Source: an uncultured virus (IMG/VR IMGVR_UViG_3300025922_000011)
Taxonomy: Duplodnaviria > Heunggongvirae > Uroviricota > Caudoviricetes
IMG/VR virus record: IMGVR_UViG_3300025922_000011
Reading direction: 5' to 3' (one strand)
DNA: 20,000 nucleotides
Positions 1 to 8,313 of this stretch are shown here, piece by piece. A program made the translations under genes and the position numbers. A model generated the notes under the pieces. It had not been told where the DNA came from and searched no databases. It saw only the letters and a program-made list of their open reading frames with translations. How positions within the stretch are numbered: the first letter of the stretch is position 1; every line of letters begins with the position of its first letter.

Positions 1-23
1 GGTACCCTCGGAAGCTGTAAGCC

Positions 24-401
24 ATGTTTTCCCAGCTCGATACCGACTCCCTGCCGCCCGACAGCGTCGGTCAGGACAGCGAGACGGCATTGCCGGCAAC
101 GGACACCACGACGCAGGCCGCGCCGATCCCGGTCGCTCCCGCACCCGCCTCGCGTACCAGTGCGGGCGTGGCGCTCCTATTGGCCGGCTCCGGTGCGGTC
201 GCCGGCTGGCTTATGGGCGGCGGCTGGGGCGCTGGAGCAGGGCTCTTGCTCGTCGGAGCGGCACGTAACGGCTACCGAGCCAAGTCGCTTTGGACTGCCG
301 ATCGCGCCGAAGCCGCCAAGTGTGCGACGATGGCGGTTGCTGGTGCCGCCGGCGGTGGCTATCTCGCCTACCGCGCTGTCAAAGGAAAGAAACGTCGATG
401 A
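24..401 (+). CDS. Small membrane protein (125 aa)
   Basis: Pro/Thr-rich N-terminus, Gly/Ala-rich hydrophobic segments, basic C-terminus KGKKRR; stop overlaps next ATG (ATGA 398-401). Confidence 0.7.
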   Translation: MFSQLDTDSLPPDSVGQDSETALPATDTTTQAAPIPVAPAPASRTSAGVALLLAGSGAVAGWLMGGGWGAGAGLLLVGAARNGYRAKSLWTADRAEAAKCATMAVAGAAGGGYLAYRAVKGKKRR

Positions 402-1213
402 TCGTTCATCCGCAATGGGGCACGGCTACGGTCCTGCAACCGTTCGTCAACTTCGAGGACGTCTACCAGGGAGGCTTCGCGGGTAACCCGGTTGCATTCC
501 CCGGCACGATCGATCAGCAAGCAACCAATGGTGTTGCGGGGTTCGATCCGACGCTCATCGCCGGCACGCCCGTTGTGCTCGGCTCACGGCTCATGTTGTG
601 GATCCCGCTGTGCATGCTCGATTATACGGTGCCCACGGTGTATGCGTACCAGCTGGTGTGGCGGCTGCGTTCGATCTCCGACTACGTCTACACCTCCGAG
701 AAGAATCAAGCGACGGGCGATCCGCCGATGCCCTATCACTTGAAGAAGCGCGAGCTCGGCGTGGAAAACAGCCCGGGTGATCCGACTACGCAGCGGGTAG
801 TGGTGCCAGCGGCCGCCGACTCGGTCGCTTACGAGCAGCAAGAGCCGAGCGGTGACGGCCTCAACGGTGAGCTCGTTCTACGTGGCGAATCGGTGATCCC
901 CGATGGCGCGCTGTGGGATGCGCCTTTTACGCCGAACAGTGACCCCGACAATCCGACGTACGGCACAGTGACTCAAGGGATCTTCCCGTTCGCCACGGGC
1001 CAGACGCCCGGCGGACCGGTCTTCTTCCCCTACTGGGTCGATGCCAAGGGCGACGAGCTCATCATCTTGGCGCGGCGGCGGGAATACGCGCTGGATGACG
1101 AGTGGGATTTCGCCAACGATGACCGTAGTTTCTCCAACACTTACGGCACCGACAACGGCACGCGCCCGCGGCTGGAGACGGTGGGCATTTACCTGTTCAA
1201 CGGCTCGTCGTAG
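398..1213 (+). CDS. Hypothetical protein (271 aa), possibly virion structural
   Basis: Start moved to ATG 398 because of the ATGA overlap; globular composition rich in beta-like segments, Gly, Pro and aromatics; no family recognised. Confidence 0.7.
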   Translation: MIVHPQWGTATVLQPFVNFEDVYQGGFAGNPVAFPGTIDQQATNGVAGFDPTLIAGTPVVLGSRLMLWIPLCMLDYTVPTVYAYQLVWRLRSISDYVYTSEKNQATGDPPMPYHLKKRELGVENSPGDPTTQRVVVPAAADSVAYEQQEPSGDGLNGELVLRGESVIPDGALWDAPFTPNSDPDNPTYGTVTQGIFPFATGQTPGGPVFFPYWVDAKGDELIILARRREYALDDEWDFANDDRSFSNTYGTDNGTRPRLETVGIYLFNGSS

Positions 1214-1296
1214 GCTTGAGCCGTACTAGCTCGCGTGCTCGAGCGAGACGCGATGAACCAACTCTTGAACCTGCTCGTTGGTGAGGAAACGAGACT

Positions 1297-2028
1297 CTGT
1301 CCCTGATCACCGTCATCCTTCCGCTCAGTCGGCCTGAGTTTGCCGAGCGCGTAGTCAATCAATTCGCTCGGCAGAGCCATTCGGACAAGCGCTTGTGGAT
1401 CGTCGAGAACGGCCGAGGCATCGGCGCGATGCGCCGGCAGATGCTGTGGGCGGATCGGGTCCTTTCAAGTGGCCAGGCGGCAAGCCTGGCGCGCAACACC
1501 GCCCTCGATGAGCTCAAGCGATCGGGTGGCGGCTACTGGTGCAGTTGGGATGACGACGACGAGTACTTGCCCGAGTACTTGAGTGAAGTGGCCGCCTGTT
1601 CCTCTCGAGCAGAGGTGACGGGCAAAGAGTCGCACTTCGTGAGCTACGATGATGAGCACCTGTTCTTCTTTCACGCAGGCCGCGACAGCCGATTCACCGA
1701 GCGCTGCCAAGGGGGCACGCTCAGCGGTTGGGCCGAGACAGCGCTGCCCTTTCCGCAGTTGCGTTTAGGCGAAGATCTGCGCTGGTGCGAAGCGATGCGA
1801 AAAGCAGGCGCCAAGATCTGGAGCCGAGGCATCCACCACTATCTCTACAGGCGCCGGAGCGCGGGGCCGCATCAGCACGCAACCGGGCGGCAGACTATCG
1901 AGATGATGATCTACACGCAGGGCCGCGGAATGTACCTAGGTCCTGTCGATCCGCGGGTAATAAGCGGCGCGCTCCCGCTACCTGAGGGCCGGCCCGTACG
2001 GCCACATGAGCGGTTCATGCTGCATTAG
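1297..2028 (+). CDS. Glycosyltransferase family 2-like protein, probable CTG start
   Basis: Frame is open back to TGA at 1282 and gives a GT2-type N-terminus LSLITVILPLSRPEF...RQSHSDKRLWIVENG; ARNTAL, WDDDDEY (DxD), GGTL and GED motifs; GAGGA at 1283-1287. Confidence 0.8.
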   Translation: MSLITVILPLSRPEFAERVVNQFARQSHSDKRLWIVENGRGIGAMRRQMLWADRVLSSGQAASLARNTALDELKRSGGGYWCSWDDDDEYLPEYLSEVAACSSRAEVTGKESHFVSYDDEHLFFFHAGRDSRFTERCQGGTLSGWAETALPFPQLRLGEDLRWCEAMRKAGAKIWSRGIHHYLYRRRSAGPHQHATGRQTIEMMIYTQGRGMYLGPVDPRVISGALPLPEGRPVRPHERFMLH

Positions 2029-2035
2029 ACGAAAT

Positions 2036-2077
2036 CTAAGGCGTCTCGTAGCGGTCTTTGAGATATTGGCGCCGCCA
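2036..2077 (-). pseudogene. Orphan 3' gene remnant encoding WRRQYLKDRYETP*
   Basis: 35/42 nt identical to the end of CDS 14133-14921 (WLRAYLKDRYETP*, 14880-14921); lies just after the stop of CDS 2083-2883. Confidence 0.85.
2040..2062. repeat. Left arm of 23-bp perfect inverted repeat (partner 14895-14917)
   Basis: ggcgtctcgtagcggtctttgag is the exact reverse complement of ctcaaagaccgctacgagacgcc. Confidence 0.95.
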
Positions 2078-2082
2078 GCCCT

Positions 2083-2883
2083 TTAGGCGTGGGCGATGCC
2101 GTAGCGTGAAAGTAGGTATTGCGTAAGCCAGGTTTGATCGTCGCTTGAGGGTACGGCCGAGTACACCAGTAGCCGCGTGAACTTGAAACCGAAAAAGAAA
2201 GCTGCCGCACCGGCACCCAGTTTCTGGCAGCCGATTTGACAGCGATCAAAGGTACACGCAGTCGTCACTTCGGCTGTGGACGCTAAGTTCGTGGCGCCAT
2301 TGCGAACGAGACCGACATTACCAGAGCTGTCGTAGCTCCAAGCATCTACCAATGCGCCCGCAACAGTACCGGTTGTGCCTGATACGTTTTTGTTGTTGGC
2401 AGCACTGTCGTCGCGCCGCAAGAATGATGGCGTCCCAACGTTGACATTGAGAGAGCTTCGGTAGATGAAGAAAGGGGCTGTTGAGCTGGATCGGGAGAGA
2501 CAGAAAATGTTACCGGTTTGGCTGCCCGCGTTCGTATAGCTAGCAGCTATGGCCAGGTAGAGCGGTTTGCTCGTACCCGCGAATGTCGAGGCTAAACTGT
2601 CGACCGTGAGAAAATCGTTGGTGCCATTCAGCGCGACGCTGGCATGTCCAGAAAAGTTTTTATCTTCGAGCTGGCCCGTGAGTCCAAGCGAGCCTCCTCC
2701 AGGCGAGGCATTGTTTCCTTTGCCGCTTTGATCTGCCCACGCACTCAGCACTAAGCCGGTAGCCCAAGTAATGCCCACGTCTGCATCGAGATCAAGTTCA
2801 AGTCCTGGCACGTTGCGCGGCGCGGAACGCGACGCCGCCGGATTGGCTACGTTCATGCGGTATTTAAGATTGAAAGCCTTCAC
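2083..2883 (-). CDS. LamG/concanavalin-like domain protein A2 (266 aa), paralog of 14133-14921
   Basis: LDLDAD...LSAWADQSGKGNNA motif, C-terminal LLVY...YL..RYG; GTGA overlap with the upstream gene's stop. Confidence 0.8.
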   Translation of the reverse strand: MKAFNLKYRMNVANPAASRSAPRNVPGLELDLDADVGITWATGLVLSAWADQSGKGNNASPGGGSLGLTGQLEDKNFSGHASVALNGTNDFLTVDSLASTFAGTSKPLYLAIAASYTNAGSQTGNIFCLSRSSSTAPFFIYRSSLNVNVGTPSFLRRDDSAANNKNVSGTTGTVAGALVDAWSYDSSGNVGLVRNGATNLASTAEVTTACTFDRCQIGCQKLGAGAAAFFFGFKFTRLLVYSAVPSSDDQTWLTQYLLSRYGIAHA

Positions 2884-5708
2884 AACACATTTTCCATGCC
2901 AGCCGCGATCATGTCGATCTCAATCGGGTCGAGTGCATCGGCGTACATGAGTCGATAGACCACGGAGCAATCCGTAGCGAGACCGACCGGCACGGCGCCA
3001 CCTGAAGCAAATAACGTTGCGCCGCTGCTTGAGCCTGTACCTGCATTTCCCGTCAGTACAGGATGCAGTTGGTTGTAAATCTTGGATGCGGCCCCATTGA
3101 GGACAAGCGCGAGAATATTATACGTTCCGTCGTGCGCGTAGTACACAATACCTGATTGAAAGAGCGTGCCCGCATCGAGCTCAACGTTGCCATTGTTCTG
3201 CGTGAAAATCTTTCGGGTGCCTAGAGCGATACCGTCCTCTATGTGCTGGTTTCCAACACTTCCACCCTTAAATTTGTAGATCACTGTCATCGGCTGAGCG
3301 ATGACGGCAGCGGATGTCCGGAGCCAAGATGTGCCGGCGACCGCGTCAATCGTTTCGCCGCTCGTGTAGTTCGGCCGCTGCGCAGCGTTGCCCAGATCAG
3401 TGAAATTCCATGTAGCGCCACCGCTGCCACCGCGATTCACCCATGCGCTGACAGCGCCGCCTGTGATCGTGACGTCAGCCGAGAATCGTGCGTCGTGCCA
3501 GGAGATCAAGCGCGCGTCGAGCTTTGGATCAAACAGCGGCATTGGGTCGTTGCGCTCGAACAAAGCGCCAGCCCCGTAATTGTCGATCTCGTACGAGTTG
3601 CCGCCAGGCGCGCGCACGGTAATCTTGCTACCGAGAGTCGTGATTAGCGGCAGGTCTTTCGAGCGCCAGTCAGTGCCGTTCGCCGCGGTGGCGCGCAGTG
3701 AATTGCCCTGCGTGATGATCAGTCCGCGCCCGCCGCTTACGCTATTGTCATATAGAATGCGCGGCAGGATTGGCACACGATTGGCTCCAATCGCGTTGCC
3801 GTAGATTTCGAAGGGTCCCTGGGAGTCGTAGATCTGGATCGCGTAGCCCCACGGAATCCCGCTCGGAGTCGTCCCGTCCACAGCTTGAATGGCCCCACCG
3901 CCAGCCATTTCACTACCCTCGATGCGTACACACGCGCGGCCGAGATTGTGAAACACTGCAAAGCGCGGGGAAACTTCGTGATGCGTGCGGATCCGGATCG
4001 CGTCTGAGCCATTGTGCTGGAAATATCCGGCCCAGCCTCCCCCTTCCCAGTCGCCCGAGAAATCGACGTCGGCTCCGTAGTTCATCAAGCAATAGCTGCC
4101 AGGTCCAGCGCCATTCAGCTCCGCCTCGAGTACTGTCTTGCGGAACACGATCCGCTTCATGTTTTGGATGCCGTAAAATGCATCCTCGGGCCTCCCAAGC
4201 TGCACCGCATTCGCACCATCCGCCGCATTGAAAAAGCAGTTATCGAACAGGTGCTGATCGTTGTTCTGGCCGCCGTTGAGCTTACGGCGGATGACTTTGC
4301 CGCCCGTACCCGCGCCTATGCCGATGGAGCCGTCGAGCGTGAATGACGTGTCGCCCGTCTTGGTAATCGTCCAGAATCCCATCTGTTGACGCCAGGACGG
4401 CAACAACGCTGCGACCATATTGAACACCGCGTCGTTGCCGACTACGTCCTCGATCACAACCTGCGCGCCCGTCGTGAGCCCGTGCGCAGTCGCGGTCGTG
4501 ATCTCGATCGGCGTAGCATTCGAGGCCGTGACAATGCCGCCACCGAGTTCTTCAATCGCGTAGGTAATGAGCAGCGCAGCCTGACCGAAGTTCGACACCC
4601 ACGAGTCGCGCAAGCAAATCGACGTCGAGAGCTTGGCGCCGCCATCGATCGTCAGGTCCATGTCAATGCCGAGACCAAAGTTTGGCGGGTTGGCTCCGCC
4701 ATCGCCGAAGATGCCGATGCCCTCGATCACGCAATCGCGACAGTTGAGCACCTTAAACGAGATGTCCACGCCTGCCGCACCGAAGTACTTGAGTAACGTT
4801 GACGTTGCTCCGGCGCCTCTGATGCGTCCGCCAGCAATGCCATGCCATACCAGCGGCTGGCTGTGGAGATAGATTCCTTCTGAGAAATCTAGCTCTATGC
4901 TGTGCCCAAATAAATAGCCGGTTACGGTCGCGTCCAAAGCAGCTTGGATCGCTGCGTAATCATCCGCCACCCCATCGCCTTGGGCGCCAAAGTTCCGAGC
5001 ATTAAAACGCTCTAGCGCCCCAAGACCAAATGCAAAACTTCCACCAACACTGATATCGAATGCGAAGTGCGTGTCCGCAATTGTAATGGGACCATTGATC
5101 GTAACAACGACTCCGTTGGCTGGCCGAATGACGCCGCCTTCCGAAAAGTCTATGGCGCCGATGGTGCGGTTCGCTGCGGCCGTCAGCACTGCGCCCGCCT
5201 TTGGCTTCAGCGTGAGTGTCGGGTCGGTGATATCCGCGTCGATCACATAGGACTGATTGACGAGTAGAAGCGTTTGGCCGGTAGTTGCGCCCGCGGCAGC
5301 GACCGCCGCTGACAGCGATCCCCACGCCAGGACGTCGATGTTGCCATCAAGCAGTTCGATGGACGTGCCGGTGTCTACCGGATGCGGACCGCCACTTCGA
5401 GACAACGGTCGTGAGGCGACCAGCGTGCCCGCTTGGTCCTGCCATTGAAAACCACCGCTGCCTGTGTTGGTCTCGATGAACCAGCGACCCGGGCCCGCGC
5501 TCGGCGCGAGGATGGTGATGTTGTCGGCTGGGGTGACGCTGTTCTTGAAGAGGCGGAAGGACGCACCGCTTGCGACGACCCAGCAGACCGAGCCATTAGG
5601 CAACGGGAAGGTGTTGATCGTCTGAAGACTGTCGCCATCCCCCGTTTCGAGTAGATTCTGGACGGGCGACAGGATGCGGTAGGTCGGAGGGGCAACACGG
5701 TTGGTCAC
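2880..5708 (-). CDS. Tailspike/spike-like protein A (942 aa): N-terminal anchor, pectate-lyase-3-like beta-helix, C-terminal LamG-like domain
   Basis: NARNFGAQGDGVADDYAAIQAALDA beta-helix cap motif; LISWHDA...VSAWVNRGG C-terminal motif; start set to GTG 5708 (MTNRVAPP) by match to paralog MTNRLAPP. Confidence 0.85.
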   Translation of the reverse strand: MTNRVAPPTYRILSPVQNLLETGDGDSLQTINTFPLPNGSVCWVVASGASFRLFKNSVTPADNITILAPSAGPGRWFIETNTGSGGFQWQDQAGTLVASRPLSRSGGPHPVDTGTSIELLDGNIDVLAWGSLSAAVAAAGATTGQTLLLVNQSYVIDADITDPTLTLKPKAGAVLTAAANRTIGAIDFSEGGVIRPANGVVVTINGPITIADTHFAFDISVGGSFAFGLGALERFNARNFGAQGDGVADDYAAIQAALDATVTGYLFGHSIELDFSEGIYLHSQPLVWHGIAGGRIRGAGATSTLLKYFGAAGVDISFKVLNCRDCVIEGIGIFGDGGANPPNFGLGIDMDLTIDGGAKLSTSICLRDSWVSNFGQAALLITYAIEELGGGIVTASNATPIEITTATAHGLTTGAQVVIEDVVGNDAVFNMVAALLPSWRQQMGFWTITKTGDTSFTLDGSIGIGAGTGGKVIRRKLNGGQNNDQHLFDNCFFNAADGANAVQLGRPEDAFYGIQNMKRIVFRKTVLEAELNGAGPGSYCLMNYGADVDFSGDWEGGGWAGYFQHNGSDAIRIRTHHEVSPRFAVFHNLGRACVRIEGSEMAGGGAIQAVDGTTPSGIPWGYAIQIYDSQGPFEIYGNAIGANRVPILPRILYDNSVSGGRGLIITQGNSLRATAANGTDWRSKDLPLITTLGSKITVRAPGGNSYEIDNYGAGALFERNDPMPLFDPKLDARLISWHDARFSADVTITGGAVSAWVNRGGSGGATWNFTDLGNAAQRPNYTSGETIDAVAGTSWLRTSAAVIAQPMTVIYKFKGGSVGNQHIEDGIALGTRKIFTQNNGNVELDAGTLFQSGIVYYAHDGTYNILALVLNGAASKIYNQLHPVLTGNAGTGSSSGATLFASGGAVPVGLATDCSVVYRLMYADALDPIEIDMIAAGMENVL

Positions 5709-5750
5709 GCGCCGAGCATCGCATGCGGGACGAGCGGACCCCAAAAACTC
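5709..5750 (-). promoter_or_regulatory. Putative leaderless promoter of spike A
   Basis: GAGTTTTTGGGG-18 nt (ending TGC)-GATGCT-6 nt-GTG; same layout recurs before other genes. Confidence 0.65.
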
Positions 5751-5817
5751 CTCGGATCAGCGAAGCGGCCTGCTTTTAGCGCTCCCGATCCGGCCCGTGG
5801 TAAGTTTGTGGCTGATC

Positions 5818-6237
5818 GTGGACGACGACCATCTACTCGGGAAATACGGAAAGCGCTTTCCGCCTCAGCGGCGCGCTCCGGTCGTGCGCGAAATCAACCC
5901 CATCACCGATCCGCCAGCATCGCTCGCCGCTCCGCCCGGAACAGTGCAGGTCAAGGCCGGTGGTTTAAAGTTCACGTTGCCCACAGCGATGGTGATGACG
6001 GCCGTTGCCGCAATTGGAGGAGCCCTTGGCGTCAAGGCCCTGCCCACACCGAGCACCCAGGATTCGCGGCTGGACACGATCCAGCAGCAGCTCATCACCG
6101 CCGACATGAATCGCGCCCGCGAGCTGGAAGAGCACCGGCGCGAATCTCAAGCGCAGGAGGATCGGATGCGCGCGCTGCAGACCCAAGTGAGTCTACTTGA
6201 GGTCCAGGTCGCTAGTTTGCAGCACCGCCAACCCTGA
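5818..6237 (+). CDS. Single-TM plus coiled-coil protein (139 aa; holin/spanin-like architecture possible)
   Basis: Hydrophobic LPTAMVMTAVAAIGGALGV followed by heptad-like Q/E/L-rich tail; probable GTG start 5818 with TGG-TAAGTT at 5798-5806. Confidence 0.6.
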   Translation: MDDDHLLGKYGKRFPPQRRAPVVREINPITDPPASLAAPPGTVQVKAGGLKFTLPTAMVMTAVAAIGGALGVKALPTPSTQDSRLDTIQQQLITADMNRARELEEHRRESQAQEDRMRALQTQVSLLEVQVASLQHRQP

Positions 6238-6273
6238 TTTACGGTTACAATCGACCGAGCGAGCGAGACAACC

Positions 6274-6669
6274 ATGAGCAAAAACGAATACTTCTCTGAT
6301 GTACCAGAACATGAGCGACTGCCGAGCGGGATCTTCGGATCGGACGGGGGCCTGGCGCATTTCAACAACGTGCCCACAGCGCGCGACAGTGAGGGCCTAC
6401 AGATCCGCTGGACGTGCTTGTGCGGTAACCCGAATCGGGTGACGGCCGAATGGGCCGAGCTCGTCATCATCGCCAAGGAGAGCATTCCCAAGGGTTGGAC
6501 ATACAACGCACGCGGCGTCGCTCAACCGCTCGTCCCCTGCCGCGGCTGCGGGCGAGCCGCAAACTTCGGCTTGACGCCGGATGAATGCCGACGCGCGATC
6601 GAGCAAGGCATCGCCGCGCATGACATCACGCCGCAATTCGTCAGCCAAGTGGCCGCGAGCGTACGCTAA
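6274..6669 (+). CDS. Zinc-ribbon-like hypothetical protein (131 aa)
   Basis: CLCG and CRGCG cysteine pairs; TACAAT at 6246-6251 upstream. Confidence 0.7.
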   Translation: MSKNEYFSDVPEHERLPSGIFGSDGGLAHFNNVPTARDSEGLQIRWTCLCGNPNRVTAEWAELVIIAKESIPKGWTYNARGVAQPLVPCRGCGRAANFGLTPDECRRAIEQGIAAHDITPQFVSQVAASVR

Positions 6670-6675
6670 CCGGCC

Positions 6676-7191
6676 GTGTCGTGCGTGGCCACCGAAACGG
6701 ATCTGAGTCGCGAAGAAGCTCTCGCGATCCTCGAGCCGTATTTCATTGCGGTACGCACTGAGTTTCTGCAAGCGGGTCTCGAGCGGATCGGTGGCGTGCA
6801 TCTGCGCTGCAGTTGGGACATGCACGATAGCCCGCGCCACTTCGCGGCGTGTCGCGAGGATGGGAGCGAGATCCTTGTTGCACCCGAGCTCGCCGAACTC
6901 AGCTACGAGACGGTGTGTGCGATCTTGGCGCATGAATGCGGTCACGCCGTGGACTTCTGTTATCCGGGTGAGTTTCTGCTCCGCAATGATCGGCTGGAGC
7001 GAGCGGAGCGGAGCGCGCAGGGTAAACGCTGGCGGCATACGCTTCGCGGCTGGAAGCTACGCGATGAGGACGCGGTGGAATTCACCGCCGATGCGATTGC
7101 CGAGACCGTGCTCGGCATTCCGATCGGATACCGCGGCCCGTGCATGCTGCAGAGTTTTGGTGGCGCGCCGCGTCCGATTGGTTTGCGTTAA
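6676..7191 (+). CDS. Zincin-like metallopeptidase (HExxH)
   Basis: AILAHECGH plus downstream EFTADAIA (ExxAD) motif as in M48/M78-type peptidases; start could also be GTG 6685. Confidence 0.7.
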   Translation: MSCVATETDLSREEALAILEPYFIAVRTEFLQAGLERIGGVHLRCSWDMHDSPRHFAACREDGSEILVAPELAELSYETVCAILAHECGHAVDFCYPGEFLLRNDRLERAERSAQGKRWRHTLRGWKLRDEDAVEFTADAIAETVLGIPIGYRGPCMLQSFGGAPRPIGLR

Positions 7192-7201
7192 CACATACTG
7201 T

Positions 7202-7394
7202 CTCAGTTGATTCACTGAGCTGATTCGAATTCGATGTGCGAGAAGCAGTCTCCGCGCCTCGCGCTCTCTCGGCTCTGCCGCCGAGCTGGCATTCAATGCG
7301 CTCGTTGGTGGTCGCCGTTTCAATGAAACGGGCTTCTGCTGGTTAGCGCGGCACGCTGTCTCGTGGAAGTCGTTCGAGCACGCATTTCTTGCGT
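7202..7394. other. Palindrome-rich intergenic region (candidate structured RNA or operator array)
   Basis: Inverted repeats at 7202-7219, 7225-7234, 7268-7285, 7289-7299, 7315-7331 and 7380-7394. Confidence 0.45.
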
Positions 7395-7405
7395 CCAGCA
7401 TACAC

Positions 7406-7447
7406 GACTTTTTGCCCCAACTCGGCGCTCGCGTTACCTTCGAGGGC
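7406..7447 (+). promoter_or_regulatory. Putative leaderless promoter
   Basis: GACTTTTTGCCC-17 nt-TACCTT-7 nt-ATG(7448). Confidence 0.6.
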
Positions 7448-8032
7448 ATGGCAAGCGTCACCACTGTGCTCTGCGCTGCGCTTGGCGCAGGCGCCCTAGT
7501 CCGTGCCTTCTATCACCCCGCCCGTGCCCTCATACAAGACGGGTTCGTGTCACAGTGCGCGGGCAGCGACACGAGCTGCGACCCGCACCTAACCGTGGAC
7601 GGCTCCATGGGCAGCCAGCCGGTGTACGCTGTGGTGGGTGGCGTCATCGTGGCCGCGGGACCGGATTGGGTCGCGATTGTCCCGAACCACGAGGCCGTAG
7701 TTCTGACCTACGGTAACCTGACCGATGTAGCCCCCGCAGGCAGCAAGGTGGGTGTGGGTCAGATGATCGGCCGCAGCGCCCGGCTCAGTTTCGGCGTTTC
7801 GCGCATCGATCGCGACGCCGCGGGCAGCGTGAAGCTAACGCCCTACGAGCCGACATCGTGGCTCGCGGTGCGAGGCCTGGGCGTGAGCGTCAAGAGCCGG
7901 CACAGCGGTCAGGATCTCTGGTGTGAAGGCGGCCGCACGCTCAGCGTTCCGCAACAAGTCGGCCGCTGCGGGATAGCACTGCCCGCACCGAGCGCATGGG
8001 CTCTATTGCCCGTGAGTGTCACGTTGAGCTGA
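7448..8032 (+). CDS. Membrane-anchored M23-peptidase-like protein, probably inactive (194 aa)
   Basis: N-terminal hydrophobic segment; HLTVD, PVYAVVGGVI and VGVGQMIG follow the M23 pattern, but YGNL replaces YxHL and RLSF replaces HLHF. Confidence 0.65.
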   Translation: MASVTTVLCAALGAGALVRAFYHPARALIQDGFVSQCAGSDTSCDPHLTVDGSMGSQPVYAVVGGVIVAAGPDWVAIVPNHEAVVLTYGNLTDVAPAGSKVGVGQMIGRSARLSFGVSRIDRDAAGSVKLTPYEPTSWLAVRGLGVSVKSRHSGQDLWCEGGRTLSVPQQVGRCGIALPAPSAWALLPVSVTLS

Positions 8033-8037
8033 GGCAC

Positions 8038-8313
8038 ATGGAGGACAACGACCGAGCACTCGCACTGTTGGGCATCGCGGCTGTGGTCGGTGGTTACTAC
8101 ATCGCGCGCGGTGCCTTCGGTGGCAAGCAATCCAAGGCCTTGCGCGCAGGCGAAGAGGACGAGTTCGTAGCGGCGCACTATCGCGCCGCCGGCTGGCGTG
8201 AGCCCGAGCAGACCGTCATGCAAGAAGTCGTCGCACTCGGTGTCATCTTTCTAGTGGGCACGCAAAGCTTGGTTACGGCAGCCGATTGGGCACTCAAGCA
8301 GGCCGGTCGATGA
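8038..8313 (+). CDS. Small membrane protein (91 aa)
   Basis: Two hydrophobic segments (ALALLGIAAVVGGYYIA; VVALGVIFLVG); GAGG upstream; ATGA overlap with next gene. Confidence 0.65.
   Translation: MEDNDRALALLGIAAVVGGYYIARGAFGGKQSKALRAGEEDEFVAAHYRAAGWREPEQTVMQEVVALGVIFLVGTQSLVTAADWALKQAGR

Noticed and set aside
1230..1247. Hairpin ctcgc-8-gcgag as terminator
   Set aside because: Short stem, no U-tract
3243..5698. Numerous overlapping alternative-frame ORFs (also 10605..11333, 11167..11877, 15161..15904, 17006..17791, 17473..18444)
   Set aside because: Arg/Ser/Pro-rich shadow ORFs expected in high-GC DNA, overlapping well-supported genes
7057..7464. 135-aa minus-strand ORF across the palindromic gap
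   Set aside because: Overlaps two better-supported genes, has no recognisable motif, and has shadow-ORF-like composition
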